DNA of 64,000 nt, from the NCBI GenBank assembly GCA_002189035.1, contig NEEC01000019.1, positions 1,364,001 through 1,428,000 of the forward strand, written 5' to 3'. The notes under the pieces were generated by a model that made no database searches, was not told the origin of the DNA, and saw only the letters and a list, made by a program, of their open reading frames with translations. Shown one piece after another: positions 37,275-49,444 of the stretch. The translations under genes and the position numbers were made by a program. Each line of letters opens with the position of its first letter. Within the stretch, counting starts at the first letter, position 1. The stretch is from Utricularia gibba. Taxonomy: Eukaryota > Plantae > Magnoliophyta.

Positions 37275-39529
37275 TTACACAGTCACAGTACCAAACAGCC
37301 TCTTGCGAATCTGCGGAAGTACACAAAACAAATTGGATGAAGAGTATTGTGTTGGCCCCCTTAAGCAAAGAAAATGGAGGTAGTTGAAGAGCATTGAACA
37401 AAATAAGAATAGACGCTGAATTGTAGTTCCACATCTACAAAGGAGAAAAAGCAAATAATTTTCTTCTGTATGATCCTCCAAAAATCTCTATGGAAACATT
37501 ACCGATTGACGCCACATATTGCACTTCTTGTAGAAGATAAAAGGAATAAAAGAATGCATGCCGTCTTAGTAACAATCTAACAAGTGAAAATGCTATTCCC
37601 ATTGCAACTCGTGAATAAAAAGAAATCAACATAAGAGACTCTCCCTTGGAGACACTAAAAATATGATGAGATAAATCACAATAACCCATCGGATATTCCC
37701 ATTGCAACTCACTCGTAACATGAGCCTCAGACTACGCTTCCTCACTTCAAAAAGTTTCTAATGGCATGTGACCACATGTATTGCTCTCAAAACGAAAAGT
37801 ACAAAAAGTATGTCCATGGACCATGCATAACCAATAAAAAAGGAAGCATGGACAATTATAAAATATTAGAAGCACAACCTTGGTGTGTCTATTGGACCAA
37901 AACGATGAAAGCTTATAGGAAAGTTACACTTTAGCTTTCTGAGTCTACCTCTGGTAACTTCTTGCGAAATACAACGTCAAGCCTAGCATCAAGAGTGTTC
38001 TCCAACACGATTTTCCCATCCCTAGAAGCCAACACCACGCCTCCAGCACTGAAAGCGTAAGATAGGATAAGGATGATATCACAAGCAGTTGTAAATGTGC
38101 AGATTAAACGAAAAAGACAGGAAGAGCTCTCAGAGTTTCCTGGAGCATATAGAGGCTGTGTGATATGTAAGAGAAACACCCCACTTTTTAATTATTTAGA
38201 GGGAAAAGTGGAAACAAATTCCGCATAATTATGGTATTTGAAAGTGTACTAGTTACCAGAAAGGTCCATGAGCATTGTGGTGAGAAGGGGCAGGCGGAAG
38301 ATGAACATTGTCAATGATGATCTCTGGATGATGAATATTTGCTATCTGAGAATATTCCGCCTTTGCTGATTGTAAGACAGACTCCACATAGTTCAAATCA
38401 TGATGACGGCAGCGTAACAATACAGAGGGCTCTTTCAGCCTGAGCAAACCCTGAATAACAAAGAAATGTTCAGCAGAGCATATAGATGAATGGGTCAACA
38501 GGGAGTATACCGAGTACAATTTCATCATAAACACAAAATTTTAGATCACATAATTCCCAGTTTATACGGAGCCATGCAATATTCAAAACCAAAACTGATG
38601 GAAAGTATGAATCTTAGCAAGCATATGGTCTACACAAGTTTCAAGTTTCAGGAGTTGACACAGTTACCTTCATATCTGCACAGTTTTCACTCAAAAAACA
38701 AGATCTTATGAAGGTGTCAAAGTACAAATGAGTACACTGAAGAAAGAGATGGAACCATCCAAATATTTTTATCATATATAATCGAAGTACTCATTCAACC
38801 TGCACAATAAGATCTTTCAGAAGACGCTCATAGCTACGATGGTGATGGGTGACATGGTCAATAACATGTTCCACGAGGTGTTCGAGGCTATGATGGTGGT
38901 GGCTGACATGCAAAAGCTCCTTAGATGCTGCTTCCTTCATGGAATTAACCAAATCATCCTGGGCTTGAAGAACCTTGATCCGAGAAGCATTCAGTTGCAT
39001 TGAGTACTCACTACATTGAAGAACGTAAGAATAGTTACCTCCAGATATTCAGAAACCGGCCAGAACAACTTATTCAGAAGAAACAAACATCCAATCAAAA
39101 AAAAAAAAAAAAAAAAAAAAAAACAATCAGGACATCAATTTCCTCAAACGAAGATTTGGGAAACTGTAAAACAGATGGCAGATGCAAGCAATCAGGACAT
39201 CAATTTCCGTCACATGCAATAGCAGAATCCCACAAAAAGAAACAATCAGTTTTTCCTTACATTTTTCTCCGGACTTCAACTTGTTTCTCTTTTCGCTCGT
39301 ACTCTTGGCGAATCTTCTTCTTCTCGGCTTCCACTAGCTGCAACTTCTCGATGTTGAACTCCTGGACAAGCAACATATGATGCATCAGAATGAAGCAAAT
39401 ACATCAATTTTCTAGTTACACTCATACTTCCTCGGCGGACACAGAGATCTCATTAGCCTTCTCCTCCGCTTCCTGGCGAATGAATCGCACCATCTGCTGG
39501 ATCTGCCTCGAGACATCGGCGTCGTTCAT
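37275..39529 (-). CDS. VHA-E: Vacuolar H+-ATPase subunit E with His-rich insertion
   Basis: MNDADVSRQIQQMVRFIRQEAEEKANEISVSAEEEFNIEKLQLVEAEKKKI, EYSMQLNASRIKVLQAQDD, GGVVLASRDGKIVLENTLDARLDVVFRKKLPEIRK; stop TAA at 37277-37275. Confidence 0.97.
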
Positions 39530-39987
39530 GTTGATTCTCACCGGCGGCGTACACAAGATGCCGAATCCCAACTCCTCTTTGCCGATACCACCCAATCATT
39601 TGCATATCCGTCATTAATGGGGCCCACGAACGGGGCTGCGCTGTATTTGAGGCAGCCACCTTGAAATTATAAATTATTTCATTATATTAGAAATTAAATT
39701 GTAAATTTTCCAAGATAATTTAAAAATACTATTTTCCAATTAGATAACCAATAATTTAAACTATCAATTTAATTTTGAAAAAAATTATTTAAAAATAAAT
39801 TAAACAAAATAATTCAATTTTTAATTTTTTTGGAAATTAATAAAATAGCAGAATTTTAGTGGAAGCTCCCTGTACAATGAATCAAACCTCATCTTGGCGA
39901 CCTCTACAACGCCCCTATTTTCAACACAGACGACATTTTTATGTTCAGCTAAGTATACAACACGGGATGGGGGATGTGGCACGGGGT

Positions 39988-42900
39988 TTAGATCCTGTTC
40001 CCAGAAGTTGCGGATGCAGTTTCAGTACCCAGAGGACTGTTCTGATGTTGCGGGAAGTCACATGGGAGGTCGCCGGCGCCCGGAGGTGGAGGTGTTCCAG
40101 CCGGGGAAGTGGGGATGCACAGCATCAGTTGGTCCTCCAGCACTGTCTCCAAGCTATTCCAGTCCACCCCAGCTGCAGAAAATTGTCATGGAAATGGGAT
40201 AGATATATCATCGTTCTTATCTTGCTTTCAAGTCAAAGATCAAAACTAGAATGATGGGTATATGGGGATACATTCAACTCCCCACATGTTTGTGAGGCTC
40301 GTATCGGCATCTGACAGTAGCCAATAGTCGGCATCATCCTGAGAAAAATGAAAGATCATTGTATGATGAAATGAGCAGTCAAAAATGGGGAATCCTTGGG
40401 GGACTGAACAAGTGTAGGATAATAGCTTACATCAACGTCTGGTATGATCTTCATGATTCCAGTTGGAAAATCCTGTGATGTGCTTGCACCCGAGCACATC
40501 CTTTGGTGTTCTGTTTGCTGCAGATCGCATTCGTTTCCTTGAATCTCCTCAATGGGAATTGGATTGGATGGATGTTCCTCAGTTGGCAACATTTCAGGGA
40601 CATTTTCTTGCATGTCACTGCTGTTGTTCTCGTCGATGTTCTCCACGAATTGACTAAACAGAAATGTGCACATTAGCAACCAAGATTGCAACAGCAAGAG
40701 ACATGAGTTGCTAGTTTGAAACTCTGAATGGAAGCAGGATCATGATGTACTAGTGTCACCTGACAAGGTAAACGTCAATTGGCCCCATGGTACTTCTAAG
40801 AACTATTTGATATCTTCTCTGTGGATAGTCGACAGCCTGCAGGGGGCGAGATGCAACACATTGGATGCTGTGAAAACAAAGAAATGAATATTGGCTACAA
40901 GAACTGATCGAAAAAAAATGCACCTCATCAGGGTCTGGGACTTCTAACGTAGTTCCATGAGGTGCTTTAATTGCTATCAGAGTTTCATTCTGTCAAAAAA
41001 AAAAAAAAAAAACGAAGAGTCAGTTTATTAGTTTTCGTTACTGCAGCATATGAAATACACAACGAAAACTAACTCCGTACCTGAAAGCAAGGCAAGCCTT
41101 TGATGTCTTCTTCAGTAACAAAAAGCCACCTAGAAAAAGAGAATCAAACAGAGAAAATTCAGACATAATTTGGATATTGCAGTTCCTGAATATAAACACA
41201 AAAATCACTACTTCTGATTGTTGTTGTCTTCACTGAGACCCCTCAACTTTTCCTGCATTTCCCTGGTGAAATAATGCAAATAATTGTATTAGCACACCGA
41301 ATTATATATAGCCTTGTTGAAGCAGGACCAATTGGACGCCTTGTCACCTAATTCTTTCATCTAAATTCTGCTCTTCAATGTTCAAATTTTCTACATCCTC
41401 CTGAAGAGAAAAGAATATTAAACTTGGGAACATGGAAAAAATTTAGGGTATCGATGATACTCTTGATACAGTGCCTTCAAAACCAATTCTCATATGTATT
41501 CTAGTGAAAGATGAAAAACAGTAGGTTTGCCTATCTGAGATGTTAATTAAGCTGCACTTCCAAAAAAACATATGGCGCCCTTCAGATTAATTGAAACAAA
41601 GAAAATCAGTGAAAAAACCCATCAGTTCTTCATCAGATGATCGTACCTGAAAACGGGGAAGACTTTCTTCATCATCCCCCGGCCTATGAACATCTATACC
41701 CCTGAAGAGAAATGGAGTGTATATTGAACTTTTAACTTTTTTTGTTGCTAAGGATTATCATCACTATTTTTAAAACTTGAATAGAACGAAAAGCATCTAG
41801 TAAAATCTGGCTACTGTAACAAAACGCATGCCATACTTCCACTGAATTCTGTTCTTGAGCTTCTTCTCTATAAGGCCAATGCCTTCGAGAACATTGGTTA
41901 TATCATATATGCGCCGCTTCTGTACCTGTTCAGATATAATATAGTCAGCGAAACAACAAGAAAAACTGAGCATTGAGCAGGAAAAATAGAAAAAAAAAAA
42001 AAAAAAAACCACCTCTAGAGTATCTGCAGCTTTATTCAAATCAAGAATACCATCTTCTGCATGCTTAATCAGGTTAATGAATTTTTTTGTCAGCAGACCT
42101 AAGCCAGTAAGATAGATCTTAACGTGTGAATCCAGCAAAAACATACAATTTGAGGAAATAGTATTAAATACTTGCTGGCGCCATGCTCTTTCAGTTACCT
42201 AAAGAACTATCATATCGACAGGGACCAGGGGTGAGATTGTTGCCACTAGGAGAACCTGTGGTAAGGCATTTTTTAGAAACAACAAAAACATTATTGTAGC
42301 TACTTGGTTCCTGTGAGCCATTGCATACAATTGACACTGGAGGAAAAATAACATATGATTATATCATGCATTACCAATATTTGGCATGGGAACCTGAGAT
42401 CCAGCTTTGCTGGTTTTTGTTGTCCTTGAAACTCTCTGGGTTTTTCCAGATTTTCCGGTGGGCGGAGTTTGACTGGACACTTGTAAAGTGGAAACACTGC
42501 CAGAACCTCCAAGTTTCCAAGAGTCCACATCACTGTCAGTTTTTCCACTCTTCCGTTTTAATTGCTAAGAGAAGTACAGGACACATTAAACACATGAAGG
42601 GTACACCAAAGACGAACAGATATATATCCTAAAACAAACAAAACACCCTCATAGAAGTTTAAATCGGCGGCCCTGCAACAACACAACAATCAATTTCTGG
42701 ATGAACGTGACATTAAACTCTTCTAACTCTCTGGACGAAAATGGGCAATAGAACCATAGGATTTGATCCGTTCCCTATCCAGTTGACCTGGAAACTCAAT
42801 TCAGATTTGGGGCGTTCCCAAAAGCGAATAGCAGAAACAAAGCAGTATTCGCCTTCCACAACTATTTAAAGCTATACTTAAAAAACGGGCTCCCCCCCCC

Positions 42901-43160
42901 CCCCCCCCAAACAAAAGAAAAAGGAATAGGAAATCAACCTAGAGAACATGTAAAGAGAGGCAGAGAAAAGAAATTTGAGAGAGACACACCGGCGGCGTCC
43001 TGAGGACGATCGCTTCATCAAAATCTTGAGTAGGTTTTCGCGTCTCATCATCCACGAAATGATGGTATTCGTATTCACCGCCCCCGCCTCTTCCAAACGG
43101 CGCTGTGGTGGAAGCGACCATCAACTGTCTCCTCATAGGCTGCTTCTCCGCCGGCTGCAT
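39988..43160 (-). CDS. E2FB: E2F transcription factor, E2FB-like, 14 exons
   Basis: [44 protein letters not shown], marked box [22 protein letters not shown]...[14 protein letters not shown] and RBR-binding [10 protein letters not shown]. Confidence 0.95.
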
Positions 43161-44366
43161 TCTCAATCTCGTCCCGTGAGCTGGAGGACCCAGAAGAGAA
43201 AACTCGTCAAATCCGTAGCTCCGGAGTGGATTCGAGGTCCCAAAACCTGATCTGAGAGATGGGTTCGCGGGAAGAGTCACACTGTGGAGGTAAAATGGGA
43301 AATTGCGGAAGAAATCGTAGTGGGTCGTGGGAGATCTGATGAGAGCAACCGAAAGAGGAAAACGAGGGAAAGGGGTAATCAACCAGGGAATTCGGTTCGG
43401 ATACACATTGGAGGGAAGCACCATCTACCACGCCCGCCTCTCACTTCCCACGTTTATTCTTTATGCATTCATTTTTCTAATACTTTCAGACAAAAATGTT
43501 TTTTTCTTTTTTTAATAAAACTTTCAGACAAAAGTGTTTAATTATTTCCCCATCATAAACGTCTAAATCAAGGAATATTTAAAAAACGTGCATTTAATGT
43601 TGTTTCAGAGATGGGCCTGGGCCAACATTTGGGCCTTTAGAAAAACCACACTGCTTCCTCATAGGGGGCCTCAAAACCACCTACAAAAAGGAATAGCTTT
43701 GGCTTGAATGAAGGTGTTCACACATTCATGTTTCCTTACCAAAGCTATAAGAAGATGAACATAGGTTATAAAAATGAAGGAATCATCCGAAATCGAAGAT
43801 TCGGAATCACGACGAATGTCGTTGTAAGAGAAGTAGTGAATCACAAATTCATGCACTTGTTAGGGGAGGGGATCATGAGTCTTGGCAAGGAAATCAACAT
43901 ATCCTTTCCTAAGAAAAGTTTGCTAAGTGAACAAGGAAGGGATCACAACACCACTAAGGCCAAGAGATTGTTTATTTCTATGTCTCAAGAATTAAAATCT
44001 AATTCAAAGCACAACAAACACTGCATCTAAACACAGGATGTATCTGTATACGTGATATGGAAGAACTGTATGAATTCACCATGACACAGGACATGGCTTA
44101 TGTTGTAACTAGATTCAAGAAAAGGTTCCAAGTCTGTTACATCCTATAGGAGCATTTCTATTTGGAAATAGACTTCATTCATGGCATGCACAAACAATGC
44201 TTCTCAATAGGGAATGGAGTAAGCAGAAGAAAGACAGAGCATTATAACAGGAAGTGTGCTGATCAGACAGGAAACATAGTCAGGACCAAACTGTACAACT
44301 CAAATAGCTAATCCAAATCAGAAACCAAGCTACAATTTTTATCCCCCAAAAAGTAGAAAGCTCAGC

Positions 44367-45131
44367 TCAAATACCTACACGACATGGCTTTGGCCCTCCA
44401 ATTAATGATCCTGAAGTCACATTATTCAAGAGCCCAACAGTTAAATCAACGCAGATTACCTTCAAATACCTCCTCCTAGTCCTCCACGCTTTCGCATCAA
44501 AGGAAACGGTGGACAGCACCCTCAAGTTGAAGTTCACATTCCCATTGCTTCGCCTGGTACTGTTAATCGCATCAACCACAGAGCCCGCAACAAAACTACC
44601 CGCCGCAGCAAAATTGGCGGTTACAGAAGTCACATTCCTGGTCTCCTGCGAAAAGGGTGGAACGATGGTTTGGGAAAGCGCCTGGGAGTCGTAATAGATG
44701 AAGGCCTCGATCTGATCGTACTCAAGTGACATCTTTTTGTTGGGATTCGTCGCCGTGAGGCGAACAGTAGATGTGAAGGAGATGAGAGAGGTGTTTCCCA
44801 GAGAGAAATTCGACACTGAGAATGAATCGACCTGAAAAACAGGCAGCTGAGGTCGAAGAACCAACCAAACGATGAAAGTCACAGTTCCCAAAATCAGAAT
44901 CGCCCCAATCACGAGGGTGAAAATGCAGCGAGTGAACACGAGACGTCGATCATAATTGGAATCGTATTGGTAACCCTCTGGGTAGTTCTGGTATCGGTAG
45001 TATACGCCGGAGGGTGGAGGCGCGGCGTAGGGGTAGGAGACCCCCGGCGGCGGGTGATTCGCCGTGAAGCCGTTCGCCGGATGTGGGTTCTGAGCGGGGT
45101 ACCCAGTAACCGGTCTTCCCGCGTCTGTCAT
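44367..45131 (-). CDS. NDR1/HIN1-like (LEA_2 domain) protein, intronless
   Basis: Pro/Tyr-rich N-terminus, a TM segment followed by WLVLRPQLPVFQVDSFSVSNF, NPNKKMSLEYD and PPFSQ; ATG at 45131. Confidence 0.92.
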   Translation of the reverse strand: MTDAGRPVTGYPAQNPHPANGFTANHPPPGVSYPYAAPPPSGVYYRYQNYPEGYQYDSNYDRRLVFTRCIFTLVIGAILILGTVTFIVWLVLRPQLPVFQVDSFSVSNFSLGNTSLISFTSTVRLTATNPNKKMSLEYDQIEAFIYYDSQALSQTIVPPFSQETRNVTSVTANFAAAGSFVAGSVVDAINSTRRSNGNVNFNLRVLSTVSFDAKAWRTRRRYLKVICVDLTVGLLNNVTSGSLIGGPKPCRVGI

Positions 45132-45483
45132 CTCTAACAAGTCGAGGCCAACGACGGAGAAGAACCTTCGCTTGCCGGCGGAAATCCCACGCAGTTGAGC
45201 GTGTCGATGGACGGAAATCGGAATAGCACAAGAGGCAAGCGAGGAACAACAACAGCACAGTACAAAATATTTAAAATAAATTCCCAAATAATAATATTAT
45301 TATACTTTTTAATCAAATTTTATTTTCTAGAGTGGGCCATACGAAAAAATGCGTGTGGGTCCACTCCACCCAATTTTGAATTTTCTATGAACCAATTAAA
45401 AAAATAATTTAAATTTAATTTGTTTTTAAGTTTGAACAGTGAAAACTGACAAGGATACTGTCTAGGCAACCGTTTCCATTCCT

Positions 45484-48400
45484 CTATAGCATCATTCCTT
45501 TGAGGCTCTTTGCAAGCCAGATCGCTGTATCCCTTGGTGAAACTTTCTCCTTTCCAAATGGCTTCAAAATCACAGCAAGTTCTTCAAGCCTGCTCTGCTG
45601 AAGCAGTTCAGCAGACAGTTCCAAGAGTCCTTCAAGTGCTTCTGCTCTTTGCCTGAAGGAATTTGCATCCCCTGCTTCTTTCCCTGTTGCTTCTTCCTGT
45701 TCTCTGAAATGGGGGGTTTCAGCCTCTGGAGAATCTGAAATAGGGTCTTTGGGAGCGGTTACCATCACATCAATTTCTTGGTTGTCAAATGTGTCTTCCG
45801 AGCAACTTGTACTTCTCTCCATGTTTTCCAGCACTGAATGCTCTGCCCCCACCCGGAAACTACTGTGACGGATGACATGGATTACTTCACCGAATGCTGG
45901 AGGTAGATGTGAGCCCGTTTGTTTTTCAGTAGCTAATCTTTGTACTAAAATTCCCTTATCTGTAGTTTCTGGGATCATGTGGATCACTTCATCGAATGCT
46001 GAAGGGAGATGAGAGGCTTGTTGTTTTTCAGTAGCTAGTCTTTGCACCAGAGTTCCTTTATCTGTAGTTTCTGGGATCATGTGGATGACTTCGTCTAAAG
46101 CTGGAGGCAGATGAGAGGTTGGATTATGTTTCTCAGTCGCCACACCTTGTACCAGAGCTCCCTGATCTGTAGTTTCCGGTATAACATATATGACTTCTTC
46201 GAAAACCGGAGAAGGATGAGCTCCATATTGCTTTTCTGAAGCTAATCTTTGCACCAGCATCCCCTTGTCTGAATATATGTTATTCTGGTTTGAGCCAAAC
46301 TCATTTTCCATGGAACAGAACTTCTTCACCATTGGCTTCTCAATCTCTTCACTCAAAGATGGAGATTCAGAGCCAAGTTTGCTGTCAAAATCCTCTGCAT
46401 CACTGGATCTATCATCCAAAGACAAGGACCCTTGTGCCGAATCAAATGAGCAAACAGTAGACTTGTAGCTATTTGCAGGAGAGCCCGGAGATGAGCTTTC
46501 CCTTCTCACTCCAGAATAGGATGATGAAGGGGAGGAGCAACTAGGACCAGATTCATTGCACTGCACTTCAACATGTCCATTGAAGTTGCCTCCTGCGCTA
46601 TCTGATGGAGCTTCTATTGTTTCTACCTCCGGTTCAGGATTGCGGCTCAAAAGAGTCTTTTTAGGCAAGGAGACCAATGGAGTTTCTGAATCACCATGGA
46701 GCTCAGATCCTTGGGAGGATGCAGACTTGGTGCTGTCTGTGCATATTCTTTTAGACCCCACCTTTTCAGCATCACGGTTAAAGGGCTCTGATCTTGATGA
46801 GTCGTCATTAGAATCACTTGGGGAAATCTTCATATCAGCTTTTCCTTTGCCTGAAGCACCCCTCATCCCAGAAGGGAACAATGGCTTCCGGATCAGGGCA
46901 GAAGGTCTCTTTTGTCTTGCTCTAAGGGGGAATCCTTCTCTGGTCAGAGGCTTCATGGCTCCAGATGGAGCGTTTCCTTCAGTAGTGGGAGCGTTTCCGG
47001 CCAAAGGTAACTAGAAAGATAACCAGAAATGAAGCTTTGTAGAGAATTCTCCATCAAATGGCTGATATGAAAACATCACAGTACCTGATGCTTCAAAAAC
47101 TGCACTCCCTGTGTCTGTCTTGTCTCATCTCCATTGTGAAACAGTTTTGTAACTTCCGGAGATGCTTCACTTATCGTTTTCTTGGTGCTAACAGTACCAG
47201 ATTTTCCATGGCTGCTCCCCAAGGGAGCATCATGCTCTCTGTTCTTCCCTTCTTTTTGGGCCATCATGATATTATTTATGTTCTTTGTCTGCTTCATTTC
47301 CGGGCTATTTCTCTGATCCTCACTCACTTCCGGCAGCAAAGTTGCATCATGCAGATACCTAACAGCTTCATCAGCACCATTCGTCCCCTTCAGGTTGTCT
47401 TTGTCACTGCAAGAGCTGCTGCTTCCTTGGCTCTCACCCATACTCCTCCGGCCATCACGAGGCCTCGGAAGCGGCTTCTCAATCGAGGAAGCAGCAGCCC
47501 GATTCGATGAAAACCGGAACTGATCGACATACGGCCGGAGATACGGGTGCTTCAGCAGTTCAGAAGCCTGAAGCATTGCAGCACAAGATCACACAAGAAG
47601 AAAACAGAGTGCATTCATAAACCATTAAGGGAGATGAATTGGCCATTACACTTGACCGGTGCTCAGGATTCTTCCTAAGCATGCTTTTGATCAGAGCTTT
47701 CCTGCCAGAGGAAATGCAGAAATCAGAACAAAAGCCACTGTCTTTAAAGTTTTTGATTGATAATCCAGTCATCCGATCCTTACAAGAATGGAGAGTAGCA
47801 AGAAGGTAGAGGCCCTATTGATGATCGGTTCACTTTGCTGATCAATCCCGCCATGTCCTGGATCATGCAACAAGTGCTCAGGAATCAGATCAGCACTATT
47901 TCAAGCACAGAATGTATGCATGTTCCAGATTGCTTCAAGAAGGAAGCTTTGTTTCTGAAAAGCATGTGCTGCAGAAATCTTACGAAAGCTTTGAAAGCAG
48001 GACGATGTGCAGCCATTTCATACATACAGCAACCTGGTTTGAGAAACATGTTAGACTTTAGAGTACAGCAATTCCATCACCTTGGGTGGAGGATTCTAGG
48101 GGATACCAAGGGACCAAATATCAGACTTGAATCCGTATGGAATGTCTGCAAGCAGCTCCGGGCACATATAGTTCGGAGTTCCGACCACCTTCCATGTGGA
48201 GGAAAACACTAGACATCAGTTCCAGGAGACTACTACAATTTCATGCTCTTAAGGATGCATACCGAGGAAGCCAGATCATCTGCCTTCAGAGTTTTAGCAA
48301 GTCCAAAGTCACCTGTTTCAGTAAGGTAAGAGCGTTTTTAACCATTTCCATGTTGAAAACTGAATCCGACATGTGATCTGCAAGTACCGAGACGGATGTC

Positions 48401-49444
48401 TTGATGTTTGGTGAGAAAAATGTTGGAGCACTGTCCAGAAAAACAACAAAGAGATCAGCCCTGCTACTGTGTTTCTAGATAGGAAGGTGCCAATCAGATG
48501 CATACTTTGAGATCACGATGGAGAACAAAATTGGAGTGCAGATATTCCACAGCCAGAAGCAGTTGAGTGAACCATTTCAACAGTTTCTGCACAAAAAGTC
48601 CAGCAGAAAAATGAAAGAAAGCAGCTATTGGCCTTGTTTTTCATAGCAGAATCGGCACAAATACAAGATGGGTGGCGTAGCAAAATGCAGCCATTTCCTG
48701 GAGAGGAAAAAGAGTCATACCTCTTCAGGAAAGTACTGGCCATTCGCCTTTTTCATCAATTCAGCCCTGTAAATGTCATAATAAAGCTCATGAAAGTTAG
48801 CAAAAGAAACTCTTATGATATGAAAGAGGTTCGTATGATCATCTTCTTACATGTCACCACCTTCACAGTAGCCAGTAACTATACAAACATAGCATCCCTG
48901 CTCCATTATTCAGATATGAAAGTTTGAGTCTGGAAAACCCAAGTCAGTAATATTTATAACAGAAAGCTACCTTTTCAACCCAGGCTTCCTTGAACTCAAC
49001 AATGTAAGGATGTTGTATTCGGGCGATTAGTGCCATCTGCACGCATATAGCAGTCAAAAGTAGTAACTTTTACAGAACACAGCAGCCCGGAAGAGACACA
49101 TGACTATCGGTCAGGTGGACCAAAACAAGATTTGAGCTGATACATAGCAATGGTAAATTCAACGAGGAAGGAGGATCTGAAAATAGCAGGCTTCTTCATG
49201 TTACCTCCTGATGAGCTGATTTTCGGCATCTTTCTGTCTGTCGGGCTAACCTGATCTTCTTCAGCACATACCTGGAATGGGAACAAGAATTTTGTCTGCA
49301 TCCCCAGAATAAAACAAAGACAGTTTGAGCTGAAAAACATTCCTACTTTTTTCTTTCCAACTTGTGATTAACCAATATGGCTGCGCCGAAAGCTCCACGC
49401 CCAATCTGCTCCATGATTTCATACTGATCCATTTGCGACTCCAT
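45484..49444 (-). CDS. NEK6: NIMA-related kinase NEK6-type, 14 exons
   Basis: [85 protein letters not shown] and C-terminal [15 protein letters not shown]...[15 protein letters not shown]. Confidence 0.95.
45870..46269 (-). repeat. Four tandem 102-105 bp coding repeats in the last NEK6 exon
   Basis: Units D(K/Q)GxLVQ(R/G)(L/V)A(S/T)EK...H(L/P)PxxFxEVI(H/Y)xIPETT starting at 46269, 46167, 46062 and 45960. Confidence 0.9.
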
